32,000 bases of DNA from Crocosphaera watsonii WH 8501. GTDB taxonomy: Bacteria > Cyanobacteriota > Cyanobacteriia > Cyanobacteriales > Microcystaceae. Each line of letters begins with the position of its first letter. Position 1 is the first letter of the stretch. The stretch spans positions 3,603,845 through 3,635,844 of the forward strand of contig NZ_CP191777.1 in assembly GCF_050563455.1 (NCBI RefSeq), read 5' to 3'. The translations under genes and the position numbers were made by a program. Positions 26,426 to 32,000 of the stretch are shown in pieces. The notes below the pieces were generated by a model that was not told the DNA's origin, made no database searches, and saw only the letters and a list, made by a program, of their open reading frames with translations.

Positions 26426-26553
26426 ATTGTACAAAATGCTTAAGGGGGAGAGATTGAACTCTCCAACCTTACCCACTACTTGAGATGTTTATTAAGCATC
26501 TCTTCTAACTGTGGTCTGGTGATCGCTCCTTCGTGTTTGGCCAATAGTTCCTT
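26426..26553 (-). repeat. thioredoxin 3' end plus downstream hairpin (direct repeat B, part of the intact gene)
   Basis: Partner of 22336-22462, in the same orientation, 4090 bp away. Confidence 0.85.
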
Positions 26554-26802
26554 ATTCTTATATAGTCGTAAAGCAGGAACACCCTCTACTTTGCACTTTG
26601 TCCGTGCATTGGGGTTGGGGTCAACCTCTAATTTAACTACTTTAAGACTATCGCTATAGCTATCAGCAATCTTACTAACAGAAGGAGAAACCAAACGACA
26701 TGGACCACACCAAGAAGCCCAAAAATAGACTAATACAGGGGTTTGTGTTTCAAACACTTCTGCATCAAATTGAGGATCTGTAATTTCGAGAACACTACTC
26801 AT
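26476..26802 (-). CDS. trxA: thioredoxin
   Basis: 108 aa with the VLVYFWASWCGPCR active site and a typical m-type length. Confidence 0.9.
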   Translation of the reverse strand: MSSVLEITDPQFDAEVFETQTPVLVYFWASWCGPCRLVSPSVSKIADSYSDSLKVVKLEVDPNPNARTKCKVEGVPALRLYKNKELLAKHEGAITRPQLEEMLNKHLK

Positions 26803-26865
26803 AGTTTAGTTATCAGTGATCAATGATTCCGTTACCAGTTAATAGCTTACAGGGTTTGCTTACCT

Positions 26866-27639
26866 TTAGAGATTATCCAGTTGACGGCGTAAGTCATCTA
26901 ATTCTGCATCAACTGCACTATCTTTAGGAGTCGCTTTATCCTCAGTTGATCCTTCTGGTAAAGCGGCTTTTGGTTCAGCAGATCCCGTCATTTGGGCTTT
27001 CAGCATAGCCAGTTCATCTTCTACACCGCTTCCGGCTTCCAGTTCAGCAAATTGATTTTCTAGACTCGATCCCCCTATTTCTCCTACTGCTTGGGAACGG
27101 GCTTCCATATCTAAGACCTTGTTTTCCATGCGCTCAAAAGCAGCCATAGAACCACTGGTATTCAGACCACTCATGGTTGATTGTAGTGCTTCGTTAGCCT
27201 TAGCAGCCTTAGCCCTAGAAACGAGCATATCTTTCTTGGTCTTAGCCTCAGCAATTTTGCTTTCTAAGGCCGTTAAATTACGGCGCATGGTTTCAATTTG
27301 AGCATTTTGCTGATCCAATTGTTCCTTGAGGGTGGTGGCGGTGTCTGTGAAAGATTTTTTCCGAACTAAGGCTTCTCTAGCTAGAGTTTCCTCTCCTTTG
27401 GATAGAGCTAATTTTGCCCGTTGTTCCCAGCTATTAGCTTCTTGGAGAGCTTTTGTGTATTGTCCTTCGGTTCGTTTTTGAGAACCCATAGTTTGGGCAA
27501 AAGCTTGTTTTAACTCGATCAAGTCTTTGCCCATATCCTCAATGGTTTGTTCTAAGATTTTTTCAGGATCTTCTGCTTTGCTAACAAGATCGTTGAGGTT
27601 GGCTCTGACAACTCGGCCTAGGCGATCAAATAATCCCAT
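26866..27639 (-). CDS. vipp1: Vipp1 / IM30 (PspA family)
   Basis: MGLFDRLGRVVRANLNDLVSKAEDPEKILEQ... is the PspA/IM30 N-terminus. The C-terminal extension ending AVDAELDDLRRQLDNL is characteristic of Vipp1 rather than PspA (recollection of the Synechocystis protein). Confidence 0.85.
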   Translation of the reverse strand: MGLFDRLGRVVRANLNDLVSKAEDPEKILEQTIEDMGKDLIELKQAFAQTMGSQKRTEGQYTKALQEANSWEQRAKLALSKGEETLAREALVRKKSFTDTATTLKEQLDQQNAQIETMRRNLTALESKIAEAKTKKDMLVSRAKAAKANEALQSTMSGLNTSGSMAAFERMENKVLDMEARSQAVGEIGGSSLENQFAELEAGSGVEDELAMLKAQMTGSAEPKAALPEGSTEDKATPKDSAVDAELDDLRRQLDNL

Positions 27640-27818
27640 AATACTTTTTGTCCTCTTGGTGTGTACAAGGTTGAGTTTAAGGTTTCAAGTTAAAATGACG
27701 TTGTTATACCCGTCAAGTTAGACGTTCTTGTATTCTAGTGTATCAAACACAAGACAGGACGCAGAAACTTGGCTTCAGAGTGAGGAGTTAGGGTTTTGGG
27801 GTTCGGATTCATAAATTT

Positions 27819-29057
27819 TCAAGCCTTTACTAACTTGATAAACTTCTTTTTACCCACTTGTAAAACTTTACCTGAGAGTTGTTCTGATTGCTCAAAGGTT
27901 ATATTAACATCGGTAATTTTTTCTCCGTCTAAACGAACTGCACCCCCTTGTATTTGTCGTCTGCCGTCCCCACTACTTCCACAGAGTCCACTGGCACTTA
28001 AAATGTAGAATAATTTAGCCGGAAATTCTACTTTTGATAAGTCATATTCGGGTACAGCATCCGTTGCACCAGTGCCTTTATTTTTTACTAAATCTTCGGC
28101 GGTTTTTTGTGCAGTTACGGCTGCTTGTTTGCCGTGAAATTGTGAGACAATTTCTAGGGCTAATAACTTTTGAGATTCACGAGGGTTTTCTGGCAATTCC
28201 TCTAAGGGTAAATTGGTTAAGAGTTCAAAATATTCTTTAATAATAGCATCGGGGGTTTTTTCTAGTTTAGAATACATTGATAACTCATCTTCTTTTAATC
28301 CCACGTAGTTATTGAGAGATTTTGACATTTTTTGGCTGCCATCTGTACCTCGTAAAATTGGTAATAATAATCCAAACTGAGGTTTCTTGCCAAAGTGTCT
28401 TTGTAAGTCTCTACCAACGGCAATATTAAACTTTTGATCCGTTCCACCTAATTCTACATCGGCATCGATCATCACCGAGTCATATCCCTGCATTAAGGGG
28501 TAGAGAAATTCGTGGAGAAAAATAGGATTTTCTTGTTTATAACGTTCAGCGAATCCCTCTTTAGCCAACATTTGTCCTACGGTCATAGTGGCTAAAAGTT
28601 CTTGAATTTTTGCTAAGTTTAGCTCACTTAACCATTCAGAATTATAACGAATTTCTAATCTTCCTGGTGTTTCAAAATCTAAGATAGGACGTAGTTGCTC
28701 TAAATAACTTTCGGCGTTTTTTCTCACAGCTTCAGAAGTCAATTGTTTACGAACTTCTGACTTACCAGTGGGATCACCAATTTGTGCGGTAAAATCTCCG
28801 ATAATGACCACTGCAGTATGACCAGCATCTTGAAACCCCCGTAACTTACGAAAAGGGATACTATGACCTAGATGAATATCGGTTCCAGTGGGATCAATTC
28901 CTAATTTAATCCTCAAAGGACGATGGCATTTTTCTATCAATTTCTCTAAGTTTTCTTCGGGGTTATTCGATTCAGGTTGACTGGGAAATATCTCGCTGGT
29001 TCCTCGATATAACCAATTGAAAGAGTCAGGAATCATGACTGATGACATGGTAGACAA
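27819..29057 (-). CDS. tyrS: tyrosine--tRNA ligase
   Basis: HIGH-type motif (DIHLGH), a KMSKS motif (QKMSKS) and a C-terminal S4-like domain ([25 protein letters not shown]). Confidence 0.9.
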   Translation of the reverse strand: MSTMSSVMIPDSFNWLYRGTSEIFPSQPESNNPEENLEKLIEKCHRPLRIKLGIDPTGTDIHLGHSIPFRKLRGFQDAGHTAVVIIGDFTAQIGDPTGKSEVRKQLTSEAVRKNAESYLEQLRPILDFETPGRLEIRYNSEWLSELNLAKIQELLATMTVGQMLAKEGFAERYKQENPIFLHEFLYPLMQGYDSVMIDADVELGGTDQKFNIAVGRDLQRHFGKKPQFGLLLPILRGTDGSQKMSKSLNNYVGLKEDELSMYSKLEKTPDAIIKEYFELLTNLPLEELPENPRESQKLLALEIVSQFHGKQAAVTAQKTAEDLVKNKGTGATDAVPEYDLSKVEFPAKLFYILSASGLCGSSGDGRRQIQGGAVRLDGEKITDVNITFEQSEQLSGKVLQVGKKKFIKLVKA

Positions 29058-29269
29058 ATAAGAATTGATTGTTTGATAAGATACTCTTTATTTTAGCAGA
29101 TTTTACCCTCTGCTTATCACATTTGCTAGAAGTTTCTCGGTAAGAGTTCTTAGGGGATTCTGTAATATCCATGAATAAAAGATAAAAATTTTTCTATGAT
29201 CTTTCCCAGGTCTTTTTATTTTTGTTAAGCTATAATAGTGTTTAATCATCGTTATTACTGAGGATAATC

Positions 29270-29467
29270 ATGACGACAGAAAGAGAATACCAAGAAGGAC
29301 AAAGACGAATTAGAAAACTAAGAAGACAGAAACCAAAAAATAATAATCAGTTTCTCTGGTTTGTGGTGGGAATTATTGTTTTTGTTGGCTTAATTATAGT
29401 TCAATCTTCTCGAAATCGCTCTCCAGAAAACCTTCTTCCTGCAACCTCAGATAAAATTAGTCAATAA
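29270..29467 (+). CDS. small single-TM hypothetical protein
   Basis: 65-aa ORF with GAGGA 5 nt upstream of the ATG. Basic N-terminus and one hydrophobic helix (FLWFVVGIIVFVGLIIV). No other support. Confidence 0.3.
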   Translation: MTTEREYQEGQRRIRKLRRQKPKNNNQFLWFVVGIIVFVGLIIVQSSRNRSPENLLPATSDKISQ

Positions 29468-29690
29468 CTTAGAGATTTTTTGACTTGTAATAAACTTTTT
29501 TAAGTTACACCAGTCAACTAAATTTATTATAATAACTTAAGAAAAAACTTAAGCTTTATTTTACGGAGTAAGCAGTAGACATAGGATAACCTAAAATTAT
29601 AGTATGTGGATACGTAATTTAATCGTCTTCAAAAAAGAGACCATAATTGTTATCCTTGTAAGTTTACTTCTTCTCCTCAAAAGGTAAAAT

Positions 29691-30125
29691 ATGAGAGCAC
29701 TTGACAGAGAAAAAACCAATGCTTTGCTCAACACCATCATGGAATATGAATTAGCCGGTGTTGTTCGCTACACTCATTATTCTTTGATGGTAACAGGACC
29801 CCATCGTCTTCCTATTGTACAATTTTTTCAACAACAGGCTACAGAATCCTTACTTCATGCTCAACAAGTGGGAGAAATTTTGACTGGTTTAGAAGGCCAT
29901 CCTAGCTTAAACATTGCTCCTATGGAAGAAACTAATGAGCATAGTTTGAAGAATATTTTAGAAGAAAGTCTCAACCACGAAAAGAAAGCCTTAGATTTAT
30001 ATAAAGACTTATTAGATGTGGTGGAAGATGCTTCTATTTATATCGAAGAATTTGCACGGGGAATGATTGGGCAAGAAGAAGTCCATAACATAGAATTGAA
30101 GAAAATGTTACGGGATTATGTTTAA
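29691..30125 (+). CDS. ferritin-like / bacterioferritin-like protein
   Basis: 144 aa and helical. The spacing YELAGVVRYTHY...ESLLHAQQVGE...ESLNHEKKALDLY...EEVHNIELKKM resembles a ferritin-like di-iron four-helix bundle. Confidence 0.6.
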   Translation: MRALDREKTNALLNTIMEYELAGVVRYTHYSLMVTGPHRLPIVQFFQQQATESLLHAQQVGEILTGLEGHPSLNIAPMEETNEHSLKNILEESLNHEKKALDLYKDLLDVVEDASIYIEEFARGMIGQEEVHNIELKKMLRDYV

Positions 30126-30301
30126 TCGAATCGAAGTAATGTAATTGAGAAGCAACCCAGATGTTATATCTGGGTTAATCATGAAATAATCGAGAAAAAT
30201 TATATAATTGGTGAAAAATGTTAATTCAGTGAAATCCTTCTTTCATAACTTTAGGCAGAAAAATAACAAAAGTTGTCAATTCAGTTATAGGGAAATAAAC
30301 C

Positions 30302-31270
30302 ATGACAGAGGATTTAAAGCAACGTTTAGTCTCTTTAGCGTCTGTCTTCCTTAAACTGGGAGTAATTGGTTTTGGGGGACCGGCTGCCCATATCGCCATG
30401 ATGGAAGCAGAAATCGTTACTGATCGTCAATGGCTTGAGCGATCGCAGTTTCTGGATCTTTTGGGGGCAACAAATCTAATTCCAGGCCCCAATTCCACAG
30501 AAATGGCCATTCATGTTGGTTATATCTATGGAGGGGTTTGGGGCTTAATGGTGGCAGGAATTTGCTTTCTTTTCCCCGCCATCATTATGACTACTATTTT
30601 AGCCATCATTTACACCCAGTTTGGCAGTTTGCCCCAGATCGCCCCTCTATTATTTGGTATCAAACCAGCAGTTATTGTGGTTATTATTTCTGCCTTATAT
30701 CGGTTGGGTAAAAAAGCAATCAAGCAGCGCAAATTTTGGTTAATTTTTTTATTAGTCATCATTTTGAATTTATTGGGACTAAATGAAATTTTTTCCCTCC
30801 TTTTAGGGGGATTATTTGGTATGGTGGGGTTGATATTAATCGAAAGTAAAGCCAACACCATTCCCCTACTTGTGTTCTTCATTAGCAATAATATTGCTCA
30901 AGCAACAAACCAGAGTAAGCCTACTCCGTCTTTATGGCAGTTAGGGTTATTTTTTCTGAAAATTGGTAGTATTTTATTTGGTAGCGGTTATGTCTTAATT
31001 GCCTTTTTAGAAGGAGAATTAGTCAATCAATATGGTTGGTTAACTCAACAACAACTCTTAGATGCGATCGCTATTGGACAGTTTACCCCAGGCCCGCTTC
31101 TTTCTACTGCTACTTTTATCGGCTATGTAATTTTGGGAATGCCAGGGGCGATCGTCGCTACATTGGGCATCTGTTTGCCTTCTTTTTTCATTGTTTTAGC
31201 TGTTAATCCCATTATCCCGAAATTACGCCGTTCAAAATGGACTGCAGCCTTTCTAGATGCAGTAAATTAG
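30302..31270 (+). pseudogene. chrA: chromate transporter (CHR family), 3'-truncated
   Basis: LGVIGFGGPAAHIAMMEAEIVTDRQWL...LIPGPNSTEMA and a second GQFTPGPLLSTATFIGY repeat are CHR signatures. The ORF ends ...AFLDAVN*, which by my recollection of ChrA topology is short of the last transmembrane helices. No continuation in other frames, and a transposase gene follows. Confidence 0.6.
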
Positions 31271-31373
31271 GAGTTACGCATTGACAGATGGTTTACAATG
31301 TGAATAGTCCAAACAGAGAAAGCGATCGCTGTTAACAAAAAGCAAAAAACTGATAAAATAGAGAGGATTATAA

Positions 31374-32000
31374 GAACTGGAGGTAGATATCCGAACTATA
31401 ACGAAGAAATCAACGGCTAAATGTCATTTAGAACTCTATACTTACTATTTAATTGCTGAATCCAAATATTCGGGTTGTAATCGTTTATCCGAGATATTTG
31501 AGGATTTATCTCATGATAGTGTTAACCGTTTTTTATTAAGAGAAAGCTATAAACCTGTTGATTTATTCAATGAATTTAAACAGCACATTGAACTGAGTGG
31601 GGGAACCTTAAGTATTGATGATACAGTCATTGAAAAACTTTATAGTAATCCTAAATTAAGTAAATTTATTGGTTATTTCTGGTCAGGAAATAAACATAAA
31701 ACTATCAAAGGAATTAATTTAGTTACTTTATTATATACTGACCCTAATGGAATTTCAGTCCCTCTAAATTATCGACTTTATGATAAAGAAGATAATCTGT
31801 CTAAAAATGATTATTTTCGGATGATGCTATCGGAAGTTTTAGCTTGGGGACTGAGGCCAATTTATGTAACTGGTGATAGTTGGTATTCATCTAAAGAGAA
31901 CCTTAAATTTTTGAAAAAACAAGAATTAGGTTTCATGATAGGAATAGCTAAAAATCGACAAGTATCAATCGTTAAAGGACAATATCAATCCGTTGAAAGC
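31374..32000 (+). CDS. IS4/IS701-like DDE transposase, partial (start unclear, runs off the right edge)
   Basis: Hand translation of the frame open from 31374 to the window end: ...CNRLSEIFEDLSHDSVNRFLLRE...GTLSIDDTVIEKLYS...KGINLVTLLYTDPNG...IYVTGDSWYSSKENLKFLKK. The DDT / GDSWY motifs are typical of IS4/IS701-type DDE enzymes. No canonical start codon in frame. Confidence 0.55.

Noticed and set aside
22347-26444. Recurrent TGCTTAAG / GCTTAAGC motif (about 22347, 26160, 26205, 26437) as a possible operator or att core
   Set aside because: Two of the four occurrences are simply part of the trx 3'-end direct repeats. The other two are a weak 8/9 inverted pair, and CTTAAG is expected by chance in AT-rich DNA.
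27119-28240. Track ORFs antisense to vipp1 and tyrS (27119-27301, 27527-27721, 27796-28008, 28034-28240)
   Set aside because: These are shadow ORFs opposite well-supported genes.
3894-30888. Other short shadow ORFs in the track: 3894-4085, 16195-16401, 19406-19618, 20657-20917, 21030-21245, 30610-30888
   Set aside because: Each lies inside and opposite to, or out of frame with, a longer ORF that has recognisable motifs.

Overview
This looks like a cyanobacterial chromosomal segment. HIP1 octamers GCGATCGC are frequent (e.g. 3273-3280, 4125-4132), and ndhL, vipp1, clpC, trpA, hisG, tyrS and a PDH E2 gene are present. The gene content and IS load resemble Crocosphaera/Cyanothece-type unicellular cyanobacteria, but I cannot verify that. 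Housekeeping blocks alternate with accessory DNA that insertion sequences have heavily reworked. There are three >99% identical copies of a 1693-bp IS5/IS1182-like element, each with its own 4-bp target duplication. There is also one IS630-family element with a TA duplication, and a partial transposase gene at each window edge. Four accessory regions stand out. (1) 12.3-15.9 kb is a graspetide-type RiPP locus. Its precursor has a ~110-residue N-terminal region and 12 tandem (T/S)(T/S)xAxGEE cores, is split precisely by the IS630 element, and is translationally coupled to an ATP-grasp ligase and an unknown 168-aa protein. (2) 19.4-26.5 kb, between clpC and a thioredoxin gene, is an AT-rich defence island holding two convergent ATPase + Toprim-like pairs. 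One is PARIS-like, with an in-frame stop in the ATPase gene and a frameshift in the effector gene. The other is AbiL/RloAB-like, with a frameshift and an IS in the RloB-like gene. The second pair is bracketed by ~127-bp direct repeats of the thioredoxin 3' end. (3) 1-3.6 kb holds toxin-antitoxin remnants: an IS-split HicB-like gene and an intact DUF433/DUF5615 pair. (4) 6.8-7.4 kb holds the remnant of a radical-SAM peptide maturase with a possible small precursor ORF. I saw no rRNA, tRNA or CRISPR array. All family assignments come from motif recognition by eye, not from searches.
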